From a virus, in IMG/VR virus record IMGVR_UViG_3300013233_000195, positions 1-64,000 of that record: DNA of 64,000 nt; one strand, given 5' to 3'. This document shows, in pieces, positions 30,685-40,108 of the stretch (position 1 is the first letter of the stretch; every line of letters starts with the position of its first letter). A model generated the notes under the pieces. The model saw nothing but the letters and a program-made list of their open reading frames with translations, searched no databases and was not told the origin of the DNA. A program made the position numbers and the translations under genes.

Positions 30685-31261
30685 TCATGAGTTACAGGAA
30701 CTGTATGAGAAGACAAACACAAAAACTCCATTTATCCGACCTTTTATCCAGCAAAAGGTAAGTAGACGTGGACGGAATAATATCCTGTCATATGGGTTGG
30801 GCTCCTTTGGCTATGATATTCGTCTTGGACATCTTGTAAAGGAACTACACAGCGATGGTACGGGTGGAGTTCTAGATCCACTTAATCCAGCTATGCCAGA
30901 GCAGTCTCTACACTGGACAGAAGAGTATCATTCGGAGCCATTTGAGCTTGCTCCTCATGGCTTTATCTTAGGAACTTCACATGAGATTTTCTGTATGCCC
31001 AGAGACGTTGTAGGTCTTTGTATTGGAAAGTCTACCTATGCTCGTGCTGGAATTCTTATCAATGCAACTCCTCTTGAACCGGGGTGGGAAGGACAACTAA
31101 CTCTGGAGATCTCTAACATGACCGATGTTCCTGTTCGGCTGTACCCGCAACAAGGGATTGCTCAAATTCTCTTCTTTCGTGGGGATACACAGCCTCTTAG
31201 GGATTATAGACTCTTAGGGGCAAGGTATCAAAATCAGCAAGGACCAACTCTAGGGAGATAA
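30656..31261 (+). CDS. dcd: dCTP deaminase
   Basis: SYGLGSFGYDIRL, GKSTYARAG, PLEPGWEGQLTLE, YQNQQG. Confidence 0.93.
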   Translation: MESQTMILNDHELQELYEKTNTKTPFIRPFIQQKVSRRGRNNILSYGLGSFGYDIRLGHLVKELHSDGTGGVLDPLNPAMPEQSLHWTEEYHSEPFELAPHGFILGTSHEIFCMPRDVVGLCIGKSTYARAGILINATPLEPGWEGQLTLEISNMTDVPVRLYPQQGIAQILFFRGDTQPLRDYRLLGARYQNQQGPTLGR

Positions 31262-31262
31262 A

Positions 31263-32417
31263 ATGAATATCCTAGTTTACCGGGGCTATCCCGAGATTCG
31301 AACGGCTAAAATCTGTAGAGCCTTGCGAGTAGCTGGGCACACGGTGGACTTTGTGGGGCTAACAGAGGCTCCCATCGCCTATCCTACTCATGTAGACCAC
31401 ACAGAGTGCTTTGACCACACCTATCGTCTCGTGAATCCTCGGGATCTGTGGATTGCAATGCCTAAATATGATATCGTTCTAATGATGAATCCGTCAGATG
31501 GAATGGCTGTTTATGCTATGGCTGGAGAAGCACAGATTCCTGTGATCTTCGGAGTCAATGACATGCTCTCCTCTCTTGTAGGTGGAGAACACTTATGGGA
31601 GAAAGCTGCTTGCCAATGGGCAGACGGCCTGATCTTTGTTAGTAAGACCCAGTATCAGCAAGCTGCTGAAAAGTATGGAATTCCAGAAGATCGAATTTTC
31701 GTTCTTCCAAACTATACTTCTGAGGTCTCAGTGCCTACCGAGAAGAAAGAAAAACTCTCCTCAAAGGATGGAAAAGTGCATCTAGTGTATGTGGGTACAC
31801 TAACCCCCACAGTCCATCATAGATACCTACTGGATTGGTTCGTAGATCTATTAGACCAGGGAGCTTGTGTCCATGTTTACCCATCTAGCGAGGTAACTGC
31901 CTATGAAAATCTTGGTGATGGATACTTTTACAATAAGCCCATTTCTCCGGCAGAACTAAGTTGTGAGTTAGGAAAGTATGATGCTGGTCTTATCAGCTTT
32001 CGAGGATACTGTGATGGAAAGGCAGATGGAAAGGAGCAAACATACAAAGATCAGGTCTTGTGTAACCTGCCCCACAAGCTATTTGATTACTGGACTGCTG
32101 AATTGCCTATCTTGGCTCCAGATGTTCCTGGAGCAGAGTACGCTAGACTCATTGAGCATCAACATGGTGGCCTTCTCTACTCTTCACCAGAAGACTGTGT
32201 TCTGAAGGCTAAGAAGATTCAGGAAGATCCTGAGCAGTTCATAAACGACCGAGCTATTACAATGGAGGAGGCCATCTCTGGACTAGTAGACTTTATTGGT
32301 CACATCAAGAGTAAAGCTCTCTTACATGCAAACATGACCATTCCAAGAGAGTTGGTTGAAACCTATGTAATGGGCGCTTGGGCTCTGTGGTCTCGGGGCC
32401 AGATTTTTGTGTCGTAG
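31263..32417 (+). CDS. GT-B (GT4-like) glycosyltransferase, paralog of 27202-28353
   Basis: PEIR, GHTVD, LPNY, DGKVHLVY, YDAGL, PHKLFDY. Confidence 0.8.
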   Translation: MNILVYRGYPEIRTAKICRALRVAGHTVDFVGLTEAPIAYPTHVDHTECFDHTYRLVNPRDLWIAMPKYDIVLMMNPSDGMAVYAMAGEAQIPVIFGVNDMLSSLVGGEHLWEKAACQWADGLIFVSKTQYQQAAEKYGIPEDRIFVLPNYTSEVSVPTEKKEKLSSKDGKVHLVYVGTLTPTVHHRYLLDWFVDLLDQGACVHVYPSSEVTAYENLGDGYFYNKPISPAELSCELGKYDAGLISFRGYCDGKADGKEQTYKDQVLCNLPHKLFDYWTAELPILAPDVPGAEYARLIEHQHGGLLYSSPEDCVLKAKKIQEDPEQFINDRAITMEEAISGLVDFIGHIKSKALLHANMTIPRELVETYVMGAWALWSRGQIFVS

Positions 32418-32424
32418 ATTTTAC

Positions 32425-32453
32425 TTGACACCGGCTCGCCGCCGTGGTATAAT
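32425..32453 (+). promoter_or_regulatory. consensus sigma70 promoter
   Basis: TTGACA-17 bp-TATAAT with TG extension. Confidence 0.88.
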
Positions 32454-32476
32454 GGGCGCACAAGGAGGAGACAGTA

Positions 32477-33262
32477 GTGAAGCGATTCATCCTGTATGGT
32501 CGAGGCCGGTGTGGGTCAACCCCCGTAGCAGACGAGATCGACCGAGGGGTACATAGTGCTTGTGTGCTAGAGCCCTTTATTGACAAGGAAAGCATGGGAC
32601 CAGGAATTCATATTCCCCTTAAGTTTGATCTGTGGTTAGAGCATCATGGGATTCCATCAAGTATGGCTTCGGTAGTGTATAGCCCCTATCTGGAGTACAT
32701 GGAAACAACAGTAAGTCAGCGAAGAGATATTTCTGCTTTTGGATTCAAGATTATTGCTAATCAGATGACAGAACGAAGAGGGTTGTTAAAGACACTAAGG
32801 AGAAACAACTTTGAGATCCTCTTCCTCATTAGAAAAAATGTGATTAGACAAGCAATCTCTTCAATGATAGCTGAACAGCGAGGAGTCTACAATGCAAAGG
32901 GCTATACCCCTCCTGAGTCAGAATCTTTTGTATTAGATACTTCTACTCTTGCCGAGGCAGCAGCAAGATTTGAAAGAAGCAATGAGGAGACTCAGCAACT
33001 CTTTGAGGAGATGGGATTTCCTGTTCATACATTTTATTATGAAGACTACTGTAGTAACAGAAGAGCATTTCTGATCCGAGTTCAGAGAACTCTTCAACTC
33101 TCTCAGTTAAATCCAACGGAGACACGGTATTCAATAATGACTCCAAGAGATTTGACTACAATCATAAGCAACTTAAGTCAGGTACGAGAACAGCTCAAGA
33201 GACATAATTCTGAATATGTGGAGATGCTGGATAACCCGGAGTACGGACATGAAACCACTTAA
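32477..33262 (+). CDS. sulfotransferase, Stf0-like
   Basis: 5'-PSB loop RCGST, EPF, GFK, LIRKN..RQAIS (3'-PB), YED. Confidence 0.82.
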   Translation: MKRFILYGRGRCGSTPVADEIDRGVHSACVLEPFIDKESMGPGIHIPLKFDLWLEHHGIPSSMASVVYSPYLEYMETTVSQRRDISAFGFKIIANQMTERRGLLKTLRRNNFEILFLIRKNVIRQAISSMIAEQRGVYNAKGYTPPESESFVLDTSTLAEAAARFERSNEETQQLFEEMGFPVHTFYYEDYCSNRRAFLIRVQRTLQLSQLNPTETRYSIMTPRDLTTIISNLSQVREQLKRHNSEYVEMLDNPEYGHETT

Positions 33263-34472
33263 TATATGGGGAAAAGAGTTCATTGATGACCCCACAATGA
33301 AGCAGATGCAGCGGTGTATGTCCTTGCCAATCACTGTGGCTGGGGCACTTATGCCTGATGCTCATTTGGGCTATGGACTTCCCATTGGTGGTGTTCTAGC
33401 TACGAAAGATGCTGTGATCCCTTATGCTGTTGGTGTGGACATTGCTTGTAGGGTGATGCTCTCCGTCCTACCTATTACTCAGGTTGGAAGTCAAGATCCA
33501 TTGAACATTCTGGGCAACGATCTAAAGGAAGCTATTGATGAATCTACTTGCTTTGGGGTTGGTAGCTCCTTTGAGACGGAAGATCGCAGACAGCATAAGG
33601 TTCTAGATGATCCCCGCTGGGGAACGTTAGAAAGGCATATTCCAGACATCGTGGATCTTGCATGGAGACAACTTGGTACTTCAGGAGCAGGCAACCACTT
33701 CATTGATATTGGCATGTTAGAGTTACAAGAGCCCTACCAGACAGGAGATAATGGTGGTACACATCGGCTAGATGCTGGAACCTATCTTGCCATCCTAACT
33801 CACAGTGGCTCAAGGGGACCTGGGTATAAAGTATGTAATCACTACTCTCAAATAGCACAGTGGATGAATGTCAGCCTTAGTGACGAGCAGAAGCATCTGG
33901 CTTGGCTTCCGCTAGACACAGAGGAAGGTCAGGAGTATTGGAACGCAATGGAACTGATGGGAGAATATGCTTCGGCAAACCACCATTTAATACATCAAGG
34001 AATCTATAATCATCTCAATGTCTCCCCTTCTTTAGTGATTGAGAACCACCATAACTTTGCCTGGAAGGTGAATCCTACAGGACTTCCTGAAGATGAGATC
34101 ATTCTCCATCGAAAGGGGGCTACCCCGGCAGAAGAGGGAGATGTGGGAGCCATTCCAGGTACATTTGCTTCGCCCACTTTTGTTGTGCGGGGACTTGGCA
34201 ACGAGCAAGCTCTGTGGTCCTCCGCACATGGAGCGGGGAGGGCCTTGAGTCGGAAGAAAGCTAAGATGTCTCTCTCCTGGGATATGATCGAGCCTACGCT
34301 AAAGAAGGAGAAGATTGAGGTTATGTCCTCCTCACTAGATGAGCTACCATTTGCCTATAAGTGCATAGAACGAATTATGAAGGCCCAAAAGGATCTAGTA
34401 GAGATCTTTGGTGTTTTCCATCCAAGACTTGTTAAGATGGCTACGGGTAAGAAACTACACAGAACTTCCTAA
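33216..34472 (+). CDS. rtcB: RtcB RNA ligase
   Basis: MPDAHLGYGLPIGG, GVDIAC, GNHF, HSGSRG, HHN, HRKGA, HGAGR, YK; probable start 33249. Confidence 0.95.
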   Translation: MWRCWITRSTDMKPLNIWGKEFIDDPTMKQMQRCMSLPITVAGALMPDAHLGYGLPIGGVLATKDAVIPYAVGVDIACRVMLSVLPITQVGSQDPLNILGNDLKEAIDESTCFGVGSSFETEDRRQHKVLDDPRWGTLERHIPDIVDLAWRQLGTSGAGNHFIDIGMLELQEPYQTGDNGGTHRLDAGTYLAILTHSGSRGPGYKVCNHYSQIAQWMNVSLSDEQKHLAWLPLDTEEGQEYWNAMELMGEYASANHHLIHQGIYNHLNVSPSLVIENHHNFAWKVNPTGLPEDEIILHRKGATPAEEGDVGAIPGTFASPTFVVRGLGNEQALWSSAHGAGRALSRKKAKMSLSWDMIEPTLKKEKIEVMSSSLDELPFAYKCIERIMKAQKDLVEIFGVFHPRLVKMATGKKLHRTS

Positions 34473-34484
34473 CTGGGGTGAAAA

Positions 34485-34748
34485 ATGAGTAAGATTCAAG
34501 ACTACATCTTCACAGAAACAGAGATTCAAGAAGGCAAAGTACCCCCAAATCTTCGTCTTGTTGGTCCACCTGAATTAGATATAACAGACCTTGATGCTGA
34601 GGGCTTTGTTGGTACAATGGGAGATAAGCCCAAAGGAAAACTGTTTTCACTGCGACAGGTGAAAATTCATGGTATGCTTATGCCTTGGTTCATTTATGTT
34701 CCTGTAGATGTCAAGTTTGATAATGATGAAAATGATAAGAGTAGCTAG
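34485..34748 (+). CDS. hypothetical protein
   Basis: ORF track. Confidence 0.6.
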   Translation: MSKIQDYIFTETEIQEGKVPPNLRLVGPPELDITDLDAEGFVGTMGDKPKGKLFSLRQVKIHGMLMPWFIYVPVDVKFDNDENDKSS

Positions 34749-34756
34749 GGGGCGCT

Positions 34757-35140
34757 GTGCTTGACTTACCTCATACACAAAAGAAGTTTACTTCTGCTTC
34801 AGAGATGGCAGCTTACTATCACCAGCGGAGAGAACGAAGAAGAAAGATAAGAGCCAATCGACGCAGGAAGCTCAAGGCAGCCCATAGCAAGGTTCGTAAG
34901 GCAGTTAGAAGGGGGGATTTGATTCGGCCTGACGTTTGTCCAGTTTGTAAGAGACATAGGAATGAAGTTGGAACCATCCAAGCCCACCACGAAGACTATG
35001 ATTGCCCGCTTGTGATTCTGTGGGTTTGTGATGACTGCCACAAAGAGATTCATAGGAAGAAAAGGAGACGACATGGGAAAAGGTATCGACAGCAACAGAA
35101 TCTTTCTGCCCAAGAACGAACAGACGAACCGAATCATTGA
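34757..35140 (+). CDS. HNH-like zinc-binding protein
   Basis: CPVC...AHHEDY..P....WVC..CH...H. Confidence 0.75.
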   Translation: MLDLPHTQKKFTSASEMAAYYHQRRERRRKIRANRRRKLKAAHSKVRKAVRRGDLIRPDVCPVCKRHRNEVGTIQAHHEDYDCPLVILWVCDDCHKEIHRKKRRRHGKRYRQQQNLSAQERTDEPNH

Positions 35141-35504
35141 GCTGCTTCTGGAGTATAGCAGGATCTTTGATAAGAAGCACTCTGATTATGGTCCCAACAA
35201 CATTGCAAAGTTTGGTGAGATTGGTTGTTTGGTTCGTCTGAATGACAAGCTAGAAAGGTTGATTACTTTGCTTATGGGTAAGAAGGAACCATCTGTAGAT
35301 AATGAGAGTGTTGAGGACACTTGGTTTGATGTGATTGGTTATGCGGTGATTGCTCTTGCATGTCGTCGTGGTCTGTGGCTTGAAGGAGAGCACTTACTGA
35401 ACACTACCCCACAAGCGGAGCAATACTATAACAGTGACGCAACAGCAACCACCCCCTTTGAGAATCACACCTCAGTAACTCATGGAGATGTGAGAAATGG
35501 CTAG
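35028..35504 (+). CDS. nucleotide-modification-associated (DUF1599/Nmad1-like) all-alpha protein
   Basis: KKHSDYG...RLNDKLERL...ESVEDT..D..GYA; probable start 35073. Confidence 0.8.
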   Translation: MMTATKRFIGRKGDDMGKGIDSNRIFLPKNEQTNRIIELLLEYSRIFDKKHSDYGPNNIAKFGEIGCLVRLNDKLERLITLLMGKKEPSVDNESVEDTWFDVIGYAVIALACRRGLWLEGEHLLNTTPQAEQYYNSDATATTPFENHTSVTHGDVRNG

Positions 35505-36045
35505 GAGACCAACGGAACAAGTTGTCTATGCGATCGTGTGTAGCAACTATACGCCGCCAGAGGTCTATGCTCTGTATGAGAAGGAAGAGGATGCGGAGAA
35601 GGCCCTTGCGAAAGCCTCAAAAGAAATTGAGTCTCTTCGAATTATGCCAATGGTATTGCATCTTCACACCCCATCAGCTACAATCAAGTTTTCAAAGCGA
35701 AAGCTGAATACTCTTAAGGAAGTTGCGGAGATTGCAAAGCACGACGACGTATACGTTGTAGGGCCACATCGAGATGGCTCTTACAACGAACTAATACAGC
35801 TTCATTTGGACTATCTTCCCGATTGGGAGAGAGTCACTAAGAGTCGTTTGCAAGATCCCTTTAACCACCATGCAGTAATTGCGATCCCCCTTTCAGAGCA
35901 AGCTATCATGGGCAGAGACATTCACTATTACTATGTGTGGGGAGATCCTCTCTACTTCTCAACACAGGCGCTGAACGCTTTAGAAACTCTGAATACTCTT
36001 GTAACTCTACTTGACGTTGATCTTGATAAGGAGAAGGAAGAATGA
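35497..36045 (+). CDS. hypothetical protein
   Basis: ORF track. Confidence 0.6.
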   Translation: MARRPTEQVVYAIVCSNYTPPEVYALYEKEEDAEKALAKASKEIESLRIMPMVLHLHTPSATIKFSKRKLNTLKEVAEIAKHDDVYVVGPHRDGSYNELIQLHLDYLPDWERVTKSRLQDPFNHHAVIAIPLSEQAIMGRDIHYYYVWGDPLYFSTQALNALETLNTLVTLLDVDLDKEKEE

Positions 36046-36446
36046 ATAGCAATCAAGACAAAAGCATCTCTTCGGTTAAGAGAGTCTGCTACTCCTGTGG
36101 TACTGACCTGTCCTCTTGGTGGATGACAACTTGGTGGTCTGATGAAACGGGAGAGCCCGTTGGTCCTTATTGCCAGGATTGTCTGAACAAAGCTAGACAG
36201 ACCTATAGGGAGAGAATGGCGACAATGTTCCTTACACCGGAGAAGATGCTAAAGCGTTGGGCTGAGCGAAATGTTCCGGATGACCCCTTTGCAGTTGCTT
36301 CTCGTGAGATTCGGATAGCGCGGAAAATTATCCGCGCTACTTGGAAAGAGGATATGGGCTCCATACGTCCACGTCGCGCAATTACTCTGCTCAATAAGAT
36401 GTTCGCATACATTCGTACTGTTCTGGAAATAGGAGAAGAAGAATGA
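36042..36446 (+). CDS. hypothetical protein with CxxC pairs
   Basis: CYSC...CQDC; ATGA coupling. Confidence 0.65.
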   Translation: MNSNQDKSISSVKRVCYSCGTDLSSWWMTTWWSDETGEPVGPYCQDCLNKARQTYRERMATMFLTPEKMLKRWAERNVPDDPFAVASREIRIARKIIRATWKEDMGSIRPRRAITLLNKMFAYIRTVLEIGEEE

Positions 36447-36820
36447 AGAAGAACAAAGTGAAGCTGACGAAGCAAAAGACATTAAGATATTGGGCAAACT
36501 ACGCTGTTACAGAGTCAGAGAGAACTGTTGCTCACGAGGTACTGATGCTGCGGGAGATTGTGCGAGCATTCTGGTTGGAAGATAACTCACAGGGAGATAG
36601 CCGGGGACTTGTTTTTCGACACTATCACATTCCTTCCGAGGAACAAGCTGCCTGGATTCACGCTGTGCTCAATGACGCTGGGCCAGATGGTGTAACAGTA
36701 AAACTCAAGAAAGAGGACGCCGAGTGGCTGGCGAGACCGTGCTCCCGACATGGAAGGTACGCCTGCATGTTCCGCATCAAAGAAGCGGTGAAGCGAGCGC
36801 TGGACGCGAGTGATGAGTAG
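36443..36820 (+). CDS. hypothetical protein
   Basis: ORF track; ATGA coupling. Confidence 0.65.
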   Translation: MKKNKVKLTKQKTLRYWANYAVTESERTVAHEVLMLREIVRAFWLEDNSQGDSRGLVFRHYHIPSEEQAAWIHAVLNDAGPDGVTVKLKKEDAEWLARPCSRHGRYACMFRIKEAVKRALDASDE

Positions 36821-36904
36821 CGGCGGGCGGAAGAAGCCGCCCTTCGTGCCGGACCAGGCCCTATTTACAGGGAGGAGCCTAATGAAAATAAGGAGGATTG
36901 GCAT

Positions 36905-37057
36905 TTGGATGCACTAGACCATCTAGCTATTGTGCTATATGGAAGGCCAGCTACTGCGAGAGAGTATTTGGGGGGATCTAATGCAAAGATTCTTGAAGAC
37001 GCGGCGAAGATACTGGAAAGACTTTTGTGTGAGCTAAAGGAGAAAGACAATGAGTAG
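36905..37057 (+). CDS. small hypothetical protein (50 aa, below the track cut-off)
   Basis: TTG start after AAGGAGG, open to TAG at 37055-37057. Confidence 0.45.
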   Translation: MDALDHLAIVLYGRPATAREYLGGSNAKILEDAAKILERLLCELKEKDNE

Positions 37058-37259
37058 TGGTGGAAGAAAGAAGCCGGTATTCCTCCCGAACCCAAGGCTG
37101 ACGGTGGGCGAAGCAAGAGCCCTTCGTAGTTCGAAGGTTATTATGGGGTGGGGGGATGTAATGAGGGTCCATGCCCCAAACTGTAGGTGCCCTGCGTGCC
37201 GTGGCATCCGCAAGCTCCGCGCCGCGCTCAAGCGGATGGAAGAGGAGGAGAAGCCGTGA
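37050..37259 (+). CDS. hypothetical protein
   Basis: AAGGAG RBS; CRCPAC motif. Confidence 0.6.
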   Translation: MSSGGRKKPVFLPNPRLTVGEARALRSSKVIMGWGDVMRVHAPNCRCPACRGIRKLRAALKRMEEEEKP

Positions 37260-37639
37260 AGATCGACCACCGCGAGCTGGAGCGCGACCTGGCCCGCAAC
37301 CCGGCGGACTACGACGATGACAAGGTGCAGACGCGAACCTGCCACTTAGCCAACCAGTACGGGCACGTCTTTGGAAAGGTGGTACTGGCTCCTGAATGCG
37401 GGAGCGACTTCTGTGATAGCTGCGGCGATTGTTTGGGCTGTTCGCAAGCAGACGGTCCCTGCCTCGTGGACGAAGACGGGAACCACTTCTGGGTCCATTA
37501 CAGCGACGACGTGGAGGCGTTGAAAAAGTGGCTCGAAGAAAGGGAGGTGGACGAGGCGCACAGGGAAAAGCTGGTCGCCACCTGGAGTGATTTCGACCCA
37601 CTCAAGCAGGCAGAGAAGGAGGAAAAAAACAATGAGTGA
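37187..37639 (+). CDS. Cys-rich hypothetical protein
   Basis: CGSDFCDSCGDCLGC; probable GTG start 37256. Confidence 0.6.
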   Translation: MPCVPWHPQAPRRAQADGRGGEAVKIDHRELERDLARNPADYDDDKVQTRTCHLANQYGHVFGKVVLAPECGSDFCDSCGDCLGCSQADGPCLVDEDGNHFWVHYSDDVEALKKWLEEREVDEAHREKLVATWSDFDPLKQAEKEEKNNE

Positions 37640-38037
37640 TCACAAGGGAGAAGTGGGAAGCCGACGTGTTCTACGAGGTCTGGAGGCTAGTGATGATTAA
37701 CCTAGACGACAACCGCCGGACGGGGCGTACATCACGGATGCTCGCTGAGGCAGAACGCTTGGTTCGCGAGGAGGGCAAGCCTGTTCTAATTGTTGCGGCG
37801 AACTATGCTCAGTCCGAGGCCCTTCTCAAGCAGATTCCAAAGGATATTTCTGGTTCGATAGAAGTGCTTACTCTCCGAGAAGCGGCAACGCGGATCGACT
37901 TCGGCGAGGGCGATTGGCCCCGGATGTGGGGTTTTTGTGTCTGCCTGGCAGATCACTACGCGACCGAGTTGTTTCTGGAGGAATGTGCTGGGTGGCTGAT
38001 TGATCAGAGGAATCAGTGGGAAGCTGGAGGTGAGTGA
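37636..38037 (+). CDS. hypothetical protein with P-loop-like remnant
   Basis: RRTGRTS motif followed by VLIVAAN. Confidence 0.55.
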   Translation: MITREKWEADVFYEVWRLVMINLDDNRRTGRTSRMLAEAERLVREEGKPVLIVAANYAQSEALLKQIPKDISGSIEVLTLREAATRIDFGEGDWPRMWGFCVCLADHYATELFLEECAGWLIDQRNQWEAGGE

Positions 38038-39116
38038 TGCGAATTGAAGAGTTGCAGCTACACAACTTCCGCCGCTATGAAGCCGCTTTGTTCCGTTTCC
38101 ACCCACAGTTCACAGTCCTCGTCGGTGACAACGGGAAGGGCAAGACAACGGTGCTTGATGCACTGGCGGTGCTGTTTGGCACCTACTTTCAGGGTTCGGG
38201 GATTGAGATAGGGCGACGAACAATCCAGAAGTCAGACGCACGCTTCGTCGTACACGAAGTCGAGGGGCAGGTCTCGTTCGAGCCGCAACGCACGGTCTAC
38301 CTCAAGGCGACGGTGGAAACCGGTGGCCGGTTGCTCACCTGGAGGCGAGATCTTGGAGATCGGGGCTCCAAGGCCCGAGAGCTTATTGAGTTGGGAGCGC
38401 AGCATCGCGATAGGGTCGCGGCGGGAGACTTCACCGACCTCCCGCTGATGCTCTACTATGGCTCGGGTCGGCTGTGGTGCCCTCACAAGGATGTGCAGCC
38501 CGACCGCCCAGGCTCTCGCCTGGATGCATATCGCTTCAGCCTTGACCCCAAGTCCGACCACAAGGGCTTCGAGAGGTGGTTCAAGCGCCTCACATACGCC
38601 GCGCTTCAGAAGGGCACGGAAAGCCCGGCAATTGAGGCGGTCGCGCACGTCGTGAAGTCTTGCATCCCGGATGCACAATCTTTTTTCTTCGACACTGGTG
38701 GGGACCACATGGTCCTCTCCTTGGATGATGGGGAGTCGGTCCCTTTCGACAACCTCTCGGATGGCTTTCGGAACATGGTCGCGATGGTTGCGGACATCGC
38801 CCATCGTGCGAGCCGCCTCAACCCCCACCTCGGAGCGGACGCCCCCGCTCTCACGCGGGGGATTGTGCTCATCGACGAGATCGACCTCCATCTCCATCCG
38901 CGCTGGCAACGACGTGTCGTCCACGACCTGAAGACCGCCTTCCCGGCACTCCAGTTCATCGCCACCACCCATTCGCCGTTCATCCTTCAATCTCTCAGTC
39001 CCGGCGAGGTCATCGACCTTGATCTCGACACGAGCGCAGCCATCGTCAAGGCGACCCTGCCAGGAGCCGCGGCGCTGGCGAAGAAGGAGGCTATAAAAGA
39101 TGAAAAGCGATCTTGA
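38034..39116 (+). CDS. ABC-type (AAA_21-like) ATPase resembling Septu/retron PtuA
   Basis: LHNFR, GDNGKGKTT, YYGSGR, LSDG, LIDEIDLHLHP.WQ, QFIATTHSP; GC-rich DNA. Confidence 0.85.
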   Translation: MMRIEELQLHNFRRYEAALFRFHPQFTVLVGDNGKGKTTVLDALAVLFGTYFQGSGIEIGRRTIQKSDARFVVHEVEGQVSFEPQRTVYLKATVETGGRLLTWRRDLGDRGSKARELIELGAQHRDRVAAGDFTDLPLMLYYGSGRLWCPHKDVQPDRPGSRLDAYRFSLDPKSDHKGFERWFKRLTYAALQKGTESPAIEAVAHVVKSCIPDAQSFFFDTGGDHMVLSLDDGESVPFDNLSDGFRNMVAMVADIAHRASRLNPHLGADAPALTRGIVLIDEIDLHLHPRWQRRVVHDLKTAFPALQFIATTHSPFILQSLSPGEVIDLDLDTSAAIVKATLPGAAALAKKEAIKDEKRS

Positions 39117-39399
39117 AATCCACGAAGAATGTGCTAGAATTCAGGAACAACTAGAAAATCAGCGCGATGAGGCCATCGCTCGTGCAGACAGACTTGAACG
39201 GGAGCGAGCGGATGAGCGCGACCATCCGTGGGCCGACTTTCTGGCCGCTAGGGTCCGGGCCATCAGATGGCTGCGCTCACAGAGGAAAACGAGCGGGGAA
39301 ATCGCACAAGCGGTGTCACTGGATGCTTCGCAGGTGTTTTCGATCCTGCTCAAGAGTGATATTCTGCCGGAGGAGACTCACATGGAGGAGAAGTCATGA
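39100..39399 (+). CDS. hypothetical protein with C-terminal HTH-like segment
   Basis: TSGEIAQAVSL...QVFSIL. Confidence 0.6.
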   Translation: MKSDLEIHEECARIQEQLENQRDEAIARADRLERERADERDHPWADFLAARVRAIRWLRSQRKTSGEIAQAVSLDASQVFSILLKSDILPEETHMEEKS

Positions 39400-39734
39400 A
39401 AGGACGTAGACCGTGGCGGCCTCACCCAAAAGCTGATTCCTTGATTCTCGACGTTGACGGGCATGTTGTGTGCAAGGTCTCTCTGCCCACCGGACAACCA
39501 GCGAAGCCAATCCGGGACATGGTGGTGCGTGCGGTGAACCTTTATGAAAGAGTGCAAGGGACCCGAGAAGAGAGGCCAAGTGTTATACTTGCCGATGACA
39601 AGCCAAGGAAGGTTAACGTAGATTGTCGGAAGTCTCGTACTCGTCATTCCCGGCAAGTCAGGAGACTTCCAAGATTTGTGCCGGATCGGTTTGCTAGCTC
39701 AAAGGGCCTCTGGACAAAAGGAGATGCAAAATGA
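39396..39734 (+). CDS. hypothetical protein
   Basis: ORF track; ATGA coupling. Confidence 0.6.
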   Translation: MKGRRPWRPHPKADSLILDVDGHVVCKVSLPTGQPAKPIRDMVVRAVNLYERVQGTREERPSVILADDKPRKVNVDCRKSRTRHSRQVRRLPRFVPDRFASSKGLWTKGDAK

Positions 39735-39928
39735 AGTTCAAACCACTTACAAGACAGCAGTTAGAAACACTTAGAGATGATGATGGCATTGCAGTCTTTG
39801 AACCCGACACATGGCAAGTTGCTTGTACCGCTCTCTATTACCTGGACCTACTTTGCGATGCCACTATCCGGGCTGAGAGACTTGAACGGGAAATACAAGA
39901 TTCCAATTCAGAAGAAGAAAATAAATGA
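39731..39928 (+). CDS. hypothetical protein
   Basis: ORF track; ATGA coupling. Confidence 0.6.
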   Translation: MKFKPLTRQQLETLRDDDGIAVFEPDTWQVACTALYYLDLLCDATIRAERLEREIQDSNSEEENK

Positions 39929-40098
39929 GAAAATCAACAAAAGGTGTCTTTACAAAAGTCTTCTTTGCTGCCCTCTTTGCAATGGCAGGTGCTCAAGTCC
40001 TTGGAGTTCCTGCACAGTTGATTGCTGGAGGTGGACTAATTATTGCTGCCGCACTCTTCCTTGTGGTGGCTCTTGTAGACTTTCTTATTCCCCTTTAA
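39925..40098 (+). CDS. small membrane protein (57 aa)
   Basis: Manual translation MRKSTKGVFTKVFFAALFAM...; two hydrophobic segments. Confidence 0.55.
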   Translation: MRKSTKGVFTKVFFAALFAMAGAQVLGVPAQLIAGGGLIIAAALFLVVALVDFLIPL

Positions 40099-40108
40099 GG
40101 AGAACACA

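Noticed and set aside
38034-39400. Complete Septu or retron system
   Set aside because: No adjacent HNH gene, reverse transcriptase or msr-msd; the HNH-like ORF at 34757 is 3 kb away and of a common phage type
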